Assembly: GCA_965366835.1 (NCBI GenBank)
Contig: CBDUGF010000004.1
Location: 1,273-65,272, forward strand
Length of the DNA: 64,000 nucleotides
Direction of reading: 5' to 3'
Source: an uncultured Rhodobacterales bacterium
GTDB lineage: Bacteria; Pseudomonadota; Alphaproteobacteria; Rhodobacterales; Rhodobacteraceae
Part shown: piece by piece, positions 23,692 through 33,853 of the stretch
How positions within the stretch are numbered: position 1 is the stretch's first letter
Layout: every line of letters begins with the position of its first letter
Notes under the pieces: model-generated
Told to the model about the DNA's origin: nothing
Seen by the model: the letters and a program-made list of their open reading frames with translations, nothing else
Database searches by the model: none
Made by a program: the position numbers and the translations under genes

Positions 23692-24453
23692 TCAGGCCCG
23701 GGTCACCCGAAGGTTGAATGCCGCAAGAAGCGCATCGAAACGCGCATCCGGCATCGCATCGGTAATCACCGTGTCGCCAGACCTGAGAGACGGCAGACGT
23801 AGTGCCGGTTTGCGCGCCTGATCGGTGAATTTGGTGGCATCGACCGCCATGATCGCGCGTCCGGCGATGTTCATCATTGCGTCGGCCATGTCGACCTCGC
23901 ATTGATCATGCACCATGAATCCGCGCTCGGGATGTACCAGTGACGCCGACAGGATCGCCAGATCCGCCGAGAACCCGGCAATCACCTCATAGGCCACCCT
24001 GTCGAAAGCTGCTCCGTCGTGGTCGCGCAGCTGGGTGCCCGCGATGAACACTCGGTTGCCCTCAACCAGCGACAGGGTCGAGGCGATGAAAGCCGAATTG
24101 GTCACCACCGTCAGGTTGCGCTTCTGGCGCAACGCCTGAGCGACGAAGCCCGACGTGCTGCCGGTGTCGATCGCCAGTGTCGCACCATCACGCACCAGTG
24201 CCGCCACTTCGCGGGCAATCGCCACCTTGGCAGCACGATTGCGACTCATCCGGGCCTGGAACGGAGGATCGGTCGGGCTCATCGTGCTGACGATTGCGCC
24301 GTGTACCTTGTACAACTCGCCACGCGCAACCAGCGGTTTGACGATCCGGCGGATGGTCTGGTCGGACACACCCAACATCTGCGAAAGTTCGCTCACCTTC
24401 ACTGTGCCATGCAGGTGAACCGCTGCTTTCAGCTCCTGTTCATGTTTCGACAT
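23692..24453 (-). CDS. DeoR/GlpR family transcriptional regulator
   Basis: N-terminal wHTH (VSELSQMLGVSDQTIRRIVKPL) plus a DeoR C-terminal sugar-phosphate-isomerase-like sensor domain. Divergent from the oxidoreductase gene. Confidence 0.88.
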   Translation of the reverse strand: MSKHEQELKAAVHLHGTVKVSELSQMLGVSDQTIRRIVKPLVARGELYKVHGAIVSTMSPTDPPFQARMSRNRAAKVAIAREVAALVRDGATLAIDTGSTSGFVAQALRQKRNLTVVTNSAFIASTLSLVEGNRVFIAGTQLRDHDGAAFDRVAYEVIAGFSADLAILSASLVHPERGFMVHDQCEVDMADAMMNIAGRAIMAVDATKFTDQARKPALRLPSLRSGDTVITDAMPDARFDALLAAFNLRVTRA

Positions 24454-24522
24454 CAGACTCGGCCCATCGCAGCGTTCCAAAATGTGCTATTGCAGGAAGT
24501 TCATCACCTCAACCATACGCAT

Positions 24523-24550
24523 ATCAACAAAAAACAACGTTTTTGTTGAT
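24523..24550. promoter_or_regulatory. candidate DeoR operator: inverted repeat ATCAACAAAAA-N6-TTTTTGTTGAT
   Basis: Perfect 11-bp arms in the divergent deoR/oxidoreductase promoter region. The right arm TTTTTGTTGATT recurs at 29652-29663. Confidence 0.5.
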
Positions 24551-24607
24551 TTAATGTCGCTTTCAGGCTGACATGGCACCAGATTCGCGGATTTCACAGG
24601 CGGGCCG

Positions 24608-27031
24608 ATGCCGCAGTATTCAGCAAAACACCTGATTATCGGCGGCGGCATCATTGGCTGCTCAACCGCTTATCACCTTGCAAAATCAGGCGAAAAAGAT
24701 GTGGTCCTGCTGGAAAAATCGGCACTGACCGAAGGCGCCACCTGGCATGCGGCGGGGCTTGTAGGGCAGTTGCGCTCGTCCCGCAACACCACGCGGATGC
24801 TGAAACGTTCGGTGGCGCTCTACGATACGCTCGAGGCCGAAACCGGCATGGCGTTTGACTGGAAAAAGGTCGGCTCCCTGCGCCTTGCCGCCACGCCCGA
24901 ACGCCTCAAGGAGGCCAAGCGCCTCGCCACGATGGCACGCAGTTTCGATCTGGAAATGGAGATCATTACCGCGGTCGAGGCCAAGACCCTCTTCCCTTAC
25001 ATCGACGCCTCCAGCCTTCACGGCGCGGCCTTCATTCCCTCCGATGGCCATGTCGATCCGGCGGGCCTGTGCCTGGCCATCGCGGCTGGAGCGCGCAAAT
25101 ACGGCGCCGATCTGCGCCAGGGCGTCAGGGTGCTCGATTTCGAGGTAAGGAACGGCCGCATCACCCGCGTGACAACCAGCGAGGGCGATTGGGAGGCCGA
25201 AACCGTCGTGCTCGCCTCCGGCATGTGGAGCCGCGAATTGGGCGCCAAGCTGGGGCTCAAGGTGCCGGCTTGCGCAGTCGAACATCAGTACATCGTCACC
25301 GAACCGCTGCCCGACCCCGATCTGGTACGCACCCTGCCTTCGTTGCGCGATCCCGAGCGACTGGTCTACTACAAGCCCGATGCCGGCGGGCGAATGGTGA
25401 TCGGCGGCTACGAGGACGACACTTTACCCTTTGGCGACAAGGGTATACCGGGCGAATTCGTGCGCCAGCTCCTGCCCGACAATCTCGATCGCTTCGCACC
25501 TCTGGCCGAGCTTGCCGGCAAGGTCACACCGGTCATCAACGAGGTCGGCATCCGCCAGGTGATCAACGGCCCTATCCCGTATTCGGCGGATGGTGATTTT
25601 GTCATGGGCTGGGCGCCGGGCCTCGACAATTTGATGCTCGCCACCGGTTTTCTCTATGGCATCGCCGCAGGCGGCGGGGCGGGCGAGATGATCGCCGAAT
25701 GGATCACCCAAGGCCGTCCCTCGCTCGATCTCTGGCCCCTGGATGTGCGCCGTTTTTCGCCGCATCATGGCGCAAAAGCCTTCATGTATCCCCGTGCGGT
25801 CGAGCATTACGCGCATCACTACAAGATGCGCTATCCCGGACAGGAAGCCGAAACCGCCCGCGGCCTTCGCCTCTCCCCGCTCTACGAACGCCTCAAGCAG
25901 GCGGGCGCGGTCTGTGGCTCGAAAAACGGCTGGGAACGTCCGCTCTGGTTCGCCCCCAAAGGGCTGGCGCAGGTCGACCAGCTGGCGTTCGAAAGCCCCG
26001 GCTGGACCCAATACGCGGCAGAGGAACATCGCGCGGTGCGCGAGCGGGTGGCGCTGATCGACCAGTCGAGCTTTTCCAAGTTCGAACTTATCGGCCCCGG
26101 CGCTCTGCCCGCCCTGCAACGCATGGCCGTCTCGAACATGGACAAACCTTCAGGCAGCGTCATCTACACTCAACTTTGCAACGATCAAGGCGGGATCGAA
26201 GCCGATCTCACCATCACCCGCACGGGCGAGCAGAGTTTCTACATCGTCACGGGTGCGGGCTTTGGCGTGCATGACAGCGATTTCATCCGCCGGTCGCTGC
26301 CGCAGGACGGCTCGGCCCAGCTGATCGAAGTCACTTCCGCGCGCGCCGTGATCAACATCTGCGGACCCCGGTCCCGCGACGTGCTGCAAGCGGTGATCGA
26401 AGAGGACGTCTCGAACGCCGCCCTGCCCTTCGCCACCTGCCGCGAACTGACCCTCGGCGCCGCCCCGGTTCGTGCCGCGCGCATCGGCTATGTCGGCGAG
26501 TTGGGCTACGAGCTGCACATCCCCACAGAATTCGCCGCCCATACCTATGATCTCTTGTTGCGGGCCGGGCAGGCTCATGGCATCGCCAATGCAGGCTACC
26601 GCGCCATCGAGAGTCTGCGGCTGGAAAAGGGCTATCTCTATTGGTCCTCCGACATCACCCCTGATTACACGCCGATCGAAGCCGGCCTCGGCGCTCGCGT
26701 ACATCTGAAATCCAAGGGCGATTTTCGCGGTCGCAAGGCGCTGGAGCAACATAAGGAGAATGGCCCCCGCCAACAGCTCTGCTTCTTCACCAGCAATGCC
26801 CGATTGCCGGTCACCGGCGGGGAAACCATCCTGCATCGCGGCAAGACCGTCGCACCTTGTTCCAGCGCGGGCTTTGGCCATACCGTGGGCAAGACAATTC
26901 TTTATGGCTATCTGCCCGCCGATCTGACCGGCGAAACCGATTTCGAACTCGAGGTTTTCGGAGAGCGCCACCCGATTACGCGCGCACCGGGGCCACTTTA
27001 TGATCCCGAAAACGTCCGTTTGAAATCGTGA
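24608..27031 (+). CDS. FAD-dependent oxidoreductase with C-terminal GcvT-type folate-binding domain (dimethylglycine/sarcosine dehydrogenase family), paralogue 1
   Basis: 807 aa with Rossmann GGGIIGCSTAYHL, HAAGLVGQLRS and a C-terminal aminomethyltransferase fold (IGYVGELGYELHIP, GYRAIESLRLEKGY). Confidence 0.88.
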   Translation: MPQYSAKHLIIGGGIIGCSTAYHLAKSGEKDVVLLEKSALTEGATWHAAGLVGQLRSSRNTTRMLKRSVALYDTLEAETGMAFDWKKVGSLRLAATPERLKEAKRLATMARSFDLEMEIITAVEAKTLFPYIDASSLHGAAFIPSDGHVDPAGLCLAIAAGARKYGADLRQGVRVLDFEVRNGRITRVTTSEGDWEAETVVLASGMWSRELGAKLGLKVPACAVEHQYIVTEPLPDPDLVRTLPSLRDPERLVYYKPDAGGRMVIGGYEDDTLPFGDKGIPGEFVRQLLPDNLDRFAPLAELAGKVTPVINEVGIRQVINGPIPYSADGDFVMGWAPGLDNLMLATGFLYGIAAGGGAGEMIAEWITQGRPSLDLWPLDVRRFSPHHGAKAFMYPRAVEHYAHHYKMRYPGQEAETARGLRLSPLYERLKQAGAVCGSKNGWERPLWFAPKGLAQVDQLAFESPGWTQYAAEEHRAVRERVALIDQSSFSKFELIGPGALPALQRMAVSNMDKPSGSVIYTQLCNDQGGIEADLTITRTGEQSFYIVTGAGFGVHDSDFIRRSLPQDGSAQLIEVTSARAVINICGPRSRDVLQAVIEEDVSNAALPFATCRELTLGAAPVRAARIGYVGELGYELHIPTEFAAHTYDLLLRAGQAHGIANAGYRAIESLRLEKGYLYWSSDITPDYTPIEAGLGARVHLKSKGDFRGRKALEQHKENGPRQQLCFFTSNARLPVTGGETILHRGKTVAPCSSAGFGHTVGKTILYGYLPADLTGETDFELEVFGERHPITRAPGPLYDPENVRLKS

Positions 27032-27042
27032 AGGAGGCTCCG

Positions 27043-27975
27043 ATGGCAGACCACAACAAGGCTCAGGTAATCGCAGCGCTGCGCCACGCCCCCGGCTACG
27101 AGGGCGTGCCCGAAACATCCGATATCCAGCGCCTCGGCGGGCTCACCAACCTCGTCTATCGCGTGGCGCCGCCGGGCAAACCAGCGGTGATCGTGCGCAT
27201 TCCCGGTGCCGGAACCGAGGATTACATCAACCGCGAAGTCGAACTGCACAATGCCCAAGTCGCCGCCCGCGCCGGGATATCAGCACCGGTGATTTGGGGC
27301 GATCCCGAAAGCGGAGTGATGATTTCTGAATGCATCGAAAACATAGTGACGATGACACCCGAAAATTTCAAAACCCGTAAAGGTGCGGCGGGTCGCGCCG
27401 GCGTCGCATTCCGTCAACTCCATGACGCGCCCGAGCCGTTTGAATTCCGCTTCGAGCTTTTCGCGATGATCGACGACTATCTCGGCATTCTCTCGGGCAA
27501 AACGGTCGATCTGCCAGAGGGCTATCACAAGATCGTTGCGGCGGCGCAGCCTATCAAGGCTCTGCTTGAGGAGAAACCAGCCGCCTTGAAGCCCTGCCAT
27601 TGCGATCCGCTTTGCGAGAACTTCCTGGATGACGGCAGGCGCATGTGGATTGTCGATTTCGAGTATTCCGGCATGAACGATCCGCTTTGGGATCTCGGCG
27701 ATCTCTCGGTCGAAGCCGGGTTCGATGCAACGCAGGATGGCGAGATGATGCGTGCTTATTTCGGCGCCGAGCCCTCGCCGGCACAGCAAGGCCGGATGGT
27801 GATCTACAAGGCGATGTGCGATCTGCTTTGGACGCTCTGGGGCCTGATTCAACATGCTGACGGCAACCCGGCAGAAGATTTCTGGGCCTATTCCGTGGGC
27901 CGGTTCGAGCGCTGCAAGACCTTGATGAATTCTCCGGGCTTTGAGGACCATCTCGACGCTATGCGCAAGGGATGA
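27043..27975 (+). CDS. choline/ethanolamine kinase family phosphotransferase (APH fold), copy 1
   Basis: Brenner motif HCDPLCENFL and choline-kinase motif WIVDFEYSGMNDPLWDLG. ATG 27043 is preceded by GAAGGAGG. Confidence 0.8.
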   Translation: MADHNKAQVIAALRHAPGYEGVPETSDIQRLGGLTNLVYRVAPPGKPAVIVRIPGAGTEDYINREVELHNAQVAARAGISAPVIWGDPESGVMISECIENIVTMTPENFKTRKGAAGRAGVAFRQLHDAPEPFEFRFELFAMIDDYLGILSGKTVDLPEGYHKIVAAAQPIKALLEEKPAALKPCHCDPLCENFLDDGRRMWIVDFEYSGMNDPLWDLGDLSVEAGFDATQDGEMMRAYFGAEPSPAQQGRMVIYKAMCDLLWTLWGLIQHADGNPAEDFWAYSVGRFERCKTLMNSPGFEDHLDAMRKG

Positions 27976-27999
27976 GCATTTGCCCATCCGCTCCGGGCC

Positions 28000-28764
28000 T
28001 CACCGCGCCAGCAATCCAAGCAACTCAGCGTGCAATTCCGGCGTCGCCGCCGAGACAACCGGCACGTCTCTGCCAAATCCCAACGTGTTGCCGTTCCAAT
28101 CGGTGATCACTCCGCCCGCCTCTTCGATCAAGGGCACCAGGGGCAGGTAATCATAGGGTTGTAGCTGGTAGTCTACCACCGCATCCACTTTGCCTTCTGC
28201 CAGCAGGGCATGGGGCTGACAGTCATAGCTCAGCCGCCGCAAACGCCCGGCGCGCATCAATCTTGCAAACAGCTCCGGATGATCCAGCCAGATCTTTTCG
28301 CCCTCGTTGACGAATAGCATGGCGTTGCCAAGATCCGTGACGCCGGAGGTGCGGATCTCGGCACCATTCAAGGCCGCACCGTGCCCTCGCACCGCCGCAT
28401 AAACCTGCCCCAGCGCGGGCATCCGCACGATCCCGAGCGCAGGCAGGCCGTTTTTCATCAAAGCCATCAACATCCCGAACAACGGTCCGCCGGCAATGAA
28501 ACTGCGCGTGCCGTCGATCGGATCGATCACCCAGATGCGCGCGCGTTTCAGCCCTTCCGCGCCGAATTCTTCGCCGTAGATTCCATCGTCGGGAAATTGC
28601 GCGGTCAACGCCGTCCGAATGGCGGCTTCAGTCTCGCGATCAGCCACCGTGACCGGGCTTGCATCGCCTTTCAGCTCAATGTCGACCCGCCCCTCGAAAT
28701 GCCGCATGACGATCTTCACCGCCTCATCGGTGATCTGCAAAGCCTGCCTGAGGTCTTCGATCAT
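28000..28764 (-). CDS. inositol monophosphatase family protein (HisN/IMPase-like phosphatase)
   Basis: 254 aa with IMPase motifs WVIDPIDGTRSFIAG and the upstream EE..metal site. Its start overlaps the upstream DeoR stop (ATGA). Confidence 0.82.
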   Translation of the reverse strand: MIEDLRQALQITDEAVKIVMRHFEGRVDIELKGDASPVTVADRETEAAIRTALTAQFPDDGIYGEEFGAEGLKRARIWVIDPIDGTRSFIAGGPLFGMLMALMKNGLPALGIVRMPALGQVYAAVRGHGAALNGAEIRTSGVTDLGNAMLFVNEGEKIWLDHPELFARLMRAGRLRRLSYDCQPHALLAEGKVDAVVDYQLQPYDYLPLVPLIEEAGGVITDWNGNTLGFGRDVPVVSAATPELHAELLGLLAR

Positions 28765-29567
28765 CTCGGCCCCGCGACCACGATTTCGGTACCCCAGCTC
28801 GCTGCCGACCGAACCAGAGCAGGCGGTGGCGCGGCTTCTGTCACCAGCATGTTCACATCGCTTGGATCGCTCACCACAATCGGCGCGGCGCGGCCGAATT
28901 TGGAACTGTCGGCGGCCACGATCCGCGCCTCTGCGCGTTCCATCATGGCGCGTGTCACCCGCGCCTCTTCCAGATCGTAAAGCATGAACCCGCTTTCGGC
29001 ATTGATCGCCGCCGCCGAAAGCACTGCCAGATCGGCACGGAAATTGCTGATGAAATCGCGCACTCCGGCCCCGAACACGCCGCCGTCATGGGCGCGCAAC
29101 TCGCCGCCCGGAATGAACACCCGGTTGTCATTGCGCGCTGCCAGCGCATAGGCCACGACCACCGAGTTGGTCACAACGAAAAGCTCGCGATGCGCCTTCA
29201 GCGCCTCGGCGATATAGGCGGTTGTGCTGCCGACATCGAGAAACAACGATTGACCGTTCTTAATCACACCGGCGACATGCGCCGCGATGCGCTGCTTGGC
29301 GCGCGGGTTCTCATCGCGACGCTGCGAAAAACTGAGTTCCACCGCGCCTTGCAGCATGTGCACTCCGCCATGCACCTTCTCCACCAGCCCCTGATCGGAA
29401 AGCTTTCTCACATTGCGGCGGACGGTTTCCTCGGTCACATGCAGTGCCTGCGCGATTGCATGAATGCGCATCGTTCCTCCGGAGCGCGCCACGAGATCGA
29501 GAATCTCCCCCTCGCGGTGAGACGCCGGTCGGCTACTCATGTCCTGTTGCTTGCGCTTGGCAGTCAT
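28761..29567 (-). CDS. DeoR/GlpR family transcriptional regulator (second copy)
   Basis: wHTH IHAIAQALHVTEETVRRNVRKL plus a DeoR C-terminal domain. Divergent from the ABC transporter genes. Start at 29567 or 29540. Confidence 0.88.
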   Translation of the reverse strand: MTAKRKQQDMSSRPASHREGEILDLVARSGGTMRIHAIAQALHVTEETVRRNVRKLSDQGLVEKVHGGVHMLQGAVELSFSQRRDENPRAKQRIAAHVAGVIKNGQSLFLDVGSTTAYIAEALKAHRELFVVTNSVVVAYALAARNDNRVFIPGGELRAHDGGVFGAGVRDFISNFRADLAVLSAAAINAESGFMLYDLEEARVTRAMMERAEARIVAADSSKFGRAAPIVVSDPSDVNMLVTEAAPPPALVRSAASWGTEIVVAGPR

Positions 29568-29651
29568 CGGCTCACCTCATGTCGCCCGGCCTTACCCGAA
29601 AAAACCACATTTCCACCGCACCAACCAGCATTTCTCGTGGGTTTTATTGGT

Positions 29652-29663
29652 TTTTTGTTGATT
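29652..29663. promoter_or_regulatory. candidate DeoR operator half-site TTTTTGTTGATT
   Basis: Exact 12-mer shared with 24539-24550. Located in the second deoR/ABC-transporter divergent promoter region. Confidence 0.45.
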
Positions 29664-29758
29664 CAAGCCGGAAACTGTTGAAATTTGACTCTCACAGGTC
29701 GGTGACTCGCGACACCACCCAAAAACCGGCCAGCAAGAAATTTCAGGGGGGATCCCAT

Positions 29759-30703
29759 ATGTTCAAGACACAACTTTTTGCCGCCTGTCTGGCCGGGGCC
29801 GCGTTAGCGGGCCCTGCGCTGGCCGAGGCGGAATCACAAGACCCGATCAAGCTCACGCTGCACGATTGGACCGGCCAGCTTCTGACCACCACGATCATGG
29901 GCAAGGTTCTGGCCGAGGCGGGTTACAACGTAGAATACGTGCAGGCGGATTACATCGCCCAGTTCGCCGGGCTCAAGACCGGCGATCTGCATGTCGCGAT
30001 GGAGATCTGGGAAACCACGGGCCGCGAGGCCATGGACGAGGCCACCGGCACCGGCAATGTCGTCAACCTGGGCGAAACCGGAATGATGGCGATCGAGGAA
30101 TGGTGGTATCCGTCTTACATGAAAGAGGTTTGCCCGGGACTGCCCGACTGGAAGGCGCTCAACGACTGTGCTCAGGAATTCGCCACGCCGGAGACCGCGC
30201 CGATGGGCCGATATCTCGGTGGGCCTGTCACCTGGGGCGGCTTTGATGATGAACGCGTCGAGGCGCTGGGCATGGATTTCGAAGTGGTCCATGCCGGCAC
30301 CGATGCCGCTCTTTTCGCCGAGCTTGAATCGGCCTATCAACGCAAGGCACCTGTCTTGCTCTGGGTCTATGCCCCACATTGGGCACCCGCCAAATATCAG
30401 GGCGAATGGGTCGAATTTCCGCCATACTCCGCCGAGTGCTATAACGATCCGTCTGTCGGAATGAACCCCGATGCGGCTTATGATTGCGGCAAACCGCGCG
30501 GCCCGATCTGGAAGGTTGCCTGGAAGGGCGTGCAAGAGAAATGGCCCGGTGCCGCCGAAGCGATCAAGGCTTTCAGAGTCTCGAACGACGACATGGGTGC
30601 GATGGTCGCTGCGGTCGATCTCGATGGCAAATCGGTCGATGAGGTCGCGCAGGGCTGGCTTGATGCCAACAAGGATGCGTGGATGGGCTGGATCGCCAAG
30701 TAG
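29759..30703 (+). CDS. glycine betaine/choline-type ABC transporter substrate-binding protein (ProX/OpuAC family)
   Basis: Signal peptide MFKTQLFAACLAGAALAGPALA. OpuAC-like body rich in Trp/Tyr (WWYPSYM, WGGFDD). Followed by proV/proW-like genes. Confidence 0.8.
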   Translation: MFKTQLFAACLAGAALAGPALAEAESQDPIKLTLHDWTGQLLTTTIMGKVLAEAGYNVEYVQADYIAQFAGLKTGDLHVAMEIWETTGREAMDEATGTGNVVNLGETGMMAIEEWWYPSYMKEVCPGLPDWKALNDCAQEFATPETAPMGRYLGGPVTWGGFDDERVEALGMDFEVVHAGTDAALFAELESAYQRKAPVLLWVYAPHWAPAKYQGEWVEFPPYSAECYNDPSVGMNPDAAYDCGKPRGPIWKVAWKGVQEKWPGAAEAIKAFRVSNDDMGAMVAAVDLDGKSVDEVAQGWLDANKDAWMGWIAK

Positions 30704-30815
30704 CGCACCTTTCAGCGCGGCACCGCTCCCTCGTGCCGCGCTGGTCATTCGCCGATGACCGGCCATGCCGGAGCCTCGGTGCGCCCATACTCACCCTTTG
30801 CCCGGACCCCGCCTG

Positions 30816-31847
30816 ATGGACAAGCCGATCCTGCTCGATTGTCGCAATGTCTGGAAGCTTTACGGCGCCCATCCCCGCCGCTTCTTTCAGACCCACGGCG
30901 GCGCTCCCAGCGCCGAGGCGATCAAGGCAGAGGGCCTGATCGGAGCCGTGCGCGACGCCTCGGTGCAAATCCGCCAGGGCGAAATTTTCGTGATCATGGG
31001 CCTGTCTGGCTCGGGCAAGTCAACACTGGTGCGCTGCCTGTCGCGGCTGATCGAACCCACGGGTGGCGAGATCCTGTTCGAAGGTCAGAACCTGTCGGCG
31101 ATGTCCGAGCGCGAGCTTATCGAAATCCGCCGCCGCAAGATGGGCATGGTGTTTCAGCATTTCGCGCTGCTGCCGCATCTGACCGTATTGCAGAACGCCG
31201 CTTTCCCGCTTGAAGTGCAGGGCGTGAGCCGCGCCAGGCGCGAAGCCCGCGCCCGGGAAATGGTCAATCTGGTCGGGCTTGAAGGGCGCGAAAACTATTA
31301 CCCGCGAGAGCTTTCCGGCGGCCAGCAGCAGCGCGTTGGCATTGCCCGCTCGCTAGCTGTCGAGCCTGACCTGTGGTTCCTCGACGAGCCTTTTTCTGCG
31401 CTCGATCCCCTGATCCGCCGCGAAATGCAGGATGAATTCCTGCGTTTGCAATCGCTCTTGCACAAGACCATCGTGTTCATCACCCATGATTTCGACGAGG
31501 CCATACGCCTGGCCGACCGGATCGCAGTGATGAAGGACGGCGCCATCGTGCAGGTCGCCACGCCGGAAGAGCTGGTGCTGAACCCGGCCACCGACTACGT
31601 GCAGGAGTTCACCCGCCACATCCCCCGTGCCAAGGTATTGACCCTGCGCAGCATCATGCGGCCCGGCGCGGCTCCCGGCGCGGTGGCGGGAACGCTGGCC
31701 GCCTCCACCCGTATCGAAGCGGCGGCGGATCGGATCGAGGCTGCCGATGCACCCTTCAACCTTGCCGGTGACGATGGCAGCGTGATCGGTCATGTCGGGC
31801 GCCAGGCGGTGATTGACGTTCTGATCGGGCGGAGGCTCGAGCGATGA
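30816..31847 (+). CDS. glycine betaine/proline-type ABC transporter ATP-binding protein (ProV/OpuAA family)
   Basis: Walker A GLSGSGKST, signature LSGGQQQRVGIAR and Walker B LWFLDEPFSALD, with a C-terminal CBS-like tail. Start at 30816 or 30765. Confidence 0.9.
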   Translation: MDKPILLDCRNVWKLYGAHPRRFFQTHGGAPSAEAIKAEGLIGAVRDASVQIRQGEIFVIMGLSGSGKSTLVRCLSRLIEPTGGEILFEGQNLSAMSERELIEIRRRKMGMVFQHFALLPHLTVLQNAAFPLEVQGVSRARREARAREMVNLVGLEGRENYYPRELSGGQQQRVGIARSLAVEPDLWFLDEPFSALDPLIRREMQDEFLRLQSLLHKTIVFITHDFDEAIRLADRIAVMKDGAIVQVATPEELVLNPATDYVQEFTRHIPRAKVLTLRSIMRPGAAPGAVAGTLAASTRIEAAADRIEAADAPFNLAGDDGSVIGHVGRQAVIDVLIGRRLER

Positions 31848-33853
31848 ACGCCCGGTTAAAACCGTTCCTGCATGCCGGCCCGCTGTTCTGGGCCGGGTTG
31901 TTCGCCATCACCTGGGCGCTGTCCACCTGGTCATTCCAGCTCTACAAGGCGCTCGATGCACGCTGGATCGTGAAATACCCCACTGGCTGGACGCTGCCGC
32001 TGGAAGGCGCGATTTCCGATGCGTTGAAATGGCTGGTCGAGGACGCGAGTTTCGGCCTGTTCAGCTTCCGCGACCTGACCCGATTCATCTCGGCGCTGAT
32101 CGAAGCACCCTACGATTTCGTACGCGGTCTCTTGATTGAAGGATTCCAATCAGGACTGGGCCAGCAGGCAGTGGATATCGCCCCATCGCTGAGCTGGATC
32201 GCGATCATCGTCACGCTCGCCGCCATGGGCCATTACGCTAAAAGCTGGGGCCTGGCCGCTTTGATAGCGGGGTGTTTCCTTTATCTGGCGATCTTCGGGC
32301 AATGGCATTCGGCGATGATCACGCTGGCCTCGGTGTTGATCTCCGTTCCCATCGGCGTGATGGGCGGGCTCTTGCTGGGCATTCTCGCCTATCGCTGGCC
32401 CTGGTTCGACCGGGCGTTGCGCCCTGTTCTCGACCTGATGCAGACGGTGCCGATCTTTGCCTATCTGGTGCCGATCCTGTTCCTGTTCGGCTTCGGTCCG
32501 GTCTCTGCTCTGGTCGCCACCATCATCTATGCCATGCCGCCCATGGTGCGGGTGACCACCGTGGCGCTTCAGGGTGTTCCATCCGAGATCCATGACGTTG
32601 GCCGCATGGTCGGCTGCACCAGACGGCAGATGATGTGGAAGGTGCTGGTGCCCTCCGCCGCGCCCACGCTGATGGTAGGCGTCAACCAGGTGATCATGCT
32701 GACGCTCAACATGGTGATCATCGCGTCGATGATCGGCGCCGGGGGTCTGGGCTATGATGTGCTGACTGCGCTGCGCCGTCTCGATATCGGCGGCGGGATC
32801 GAGGCTGGTGTCGCCATCGTCGTCATGGCGATTGCGCTCGACCGCCTCAGCCAGGCCTTCGCGACCCGCGCCGCCCATGATCGCGCGATGCCGCACGAGG
32901 CCAATCTCCTGCGCCGTCACCCGTGGAGCGCGACGGTGCTGCTGGTCATCATCGGCACCTTCATTCTGGGCCGTGTCATTCCGGCAGTTCAAAGCTTTCC
33001 CGACACTGCAACGCTTTCGACCGGCACGTTCGGGTCGGACGTGATGGAGTATATCAACGTCAATTTCTTTGACGCTTTCGAGGCGGTGAAAACCTTCTTC
33101 CTGACCTGGCTGCTTCTGCCGGTGAAGCGGTTTTTCGCAGGCATCCCATGGGCTTGGGGTATCGCGGCAATGACGTTGATCGGCTGGCGTATGGGCGGCT
33201 GGCGTCTGGCCATGATGACCGGTCTGATGAGTGCGTTCATCGCTGCCTCGGGGCTATGGCCCAAGGCGATGATCACAGTCTATCTCTGCGGCGTATCGGT
33301 GCTGATCGCCACCGTGATCGGCGTTCCCTTCGGTATCCTCGCCGCGCAAAACCAGACCGCCGGCCGCATCATCGGCTCGGTCATCGACACGCTGCAAACC
33401 CTGCCCAGCTTTGTCTATCTCATCCCGGTGGTGATGCTGTTCCGGGTCGGCGATTTCTCGGCCATGATCGCGGTGGTGCTCTATGCGTTGGCGCCGGCTG
33501 TGCGCTATGCCGCCCATGGCATCCGCTCGATTGACCCGCAGTTGATCGAGGCCGGGATTGTCTCGGGCTGCACGCCGCGCCAGCTGTTGTGGCGGATCAA
33601 GCTGCCGATGGCTTTCCCCGAGATCCTGCTGGGCCTCAACCAGACCATCATGCTGGCGCTGTCGATGCTGGTGATCACCGCGTTGGTCGGCACCCGCGAT
33701 CTGGGTCAGGAGGTCTATATCGCGCTGACCAAGGCCAATACCGGCCAAGGGATTGTCGCCGGTCTGTCGGTCGCCTTCATTGCGATGATCGCCGACCGCA
33801 TCCTGTCGGCCGCCGCCCATCATACCCGCCGCAAAATGGGGCTTCAAACATGA
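31844..33853 (+). CDS. ABC transporter permease, tandem-duplicated (two ProW-like BPD_transp_1 domains fused)
   Basis: 669 aa. Two similar halves, each carrying an EAA-like loop region (...LQTVPIFAYLVPILFLFG... and ...LQTLPSFVYLIPVVMLFR...). The start overlaps the proV stop. Confidence 0.85.
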   Translation: MNARLKPFLHAGPLFWAGLFAITWALSTWSFQLYKALDARWIVKYPTGWTLPLEGAISDALKWLVEDASFGLFSFRDLTRFISALIEAPYDFVRGLLIEGFQSGLGQQAVDIAPSLSWIAIIVTLAAMGHYAKSWGLAALIAGCFLYLAIFGQWHSAMITLASVLISVPIGVMGGLLLGILAYRWPWFDRALRPVLDLMQTVPIFAYLVPILFLFGFGPVSALVATIIYAMPPMVRVTTVALQGVPSEIHDVGRMVGCTRRQMMWKVLVPSAAPTLMVGVNQVIMLTLNMVIIASMIGAGGLGYDVLTALRRLDIGGGIEAGVAIVVMAIALDRLSQAFATRAAHDRAMPHEANLLRRHPWSATVLLVIIGTFILGRVIPAVQSFPDTATLSTGTFGSDVMEYINVNFFDAFEAVKTFFLTWLLLPVKRFFAGIPWAWGIAAMTLIGWRMGGWRLAMMTGLMSAFIAASGLWPKAMITVYLCGVSVLIATVIGVPFGILAAQNQTAGRIIGSVIDTLQTLPSFVYLIPVVMLFRVGDFSAMIAVVLYALAPAVRYAAHGIRSIDPQLIEAGIVSGCTPRQLLWRIKLPMAFPEILLGLNQTIMLALSMLVITALVGTRDLGQEVYIALTKANTGQGIVAGLSVAFIAMIADRILSAAAHHTRRKMGLQT

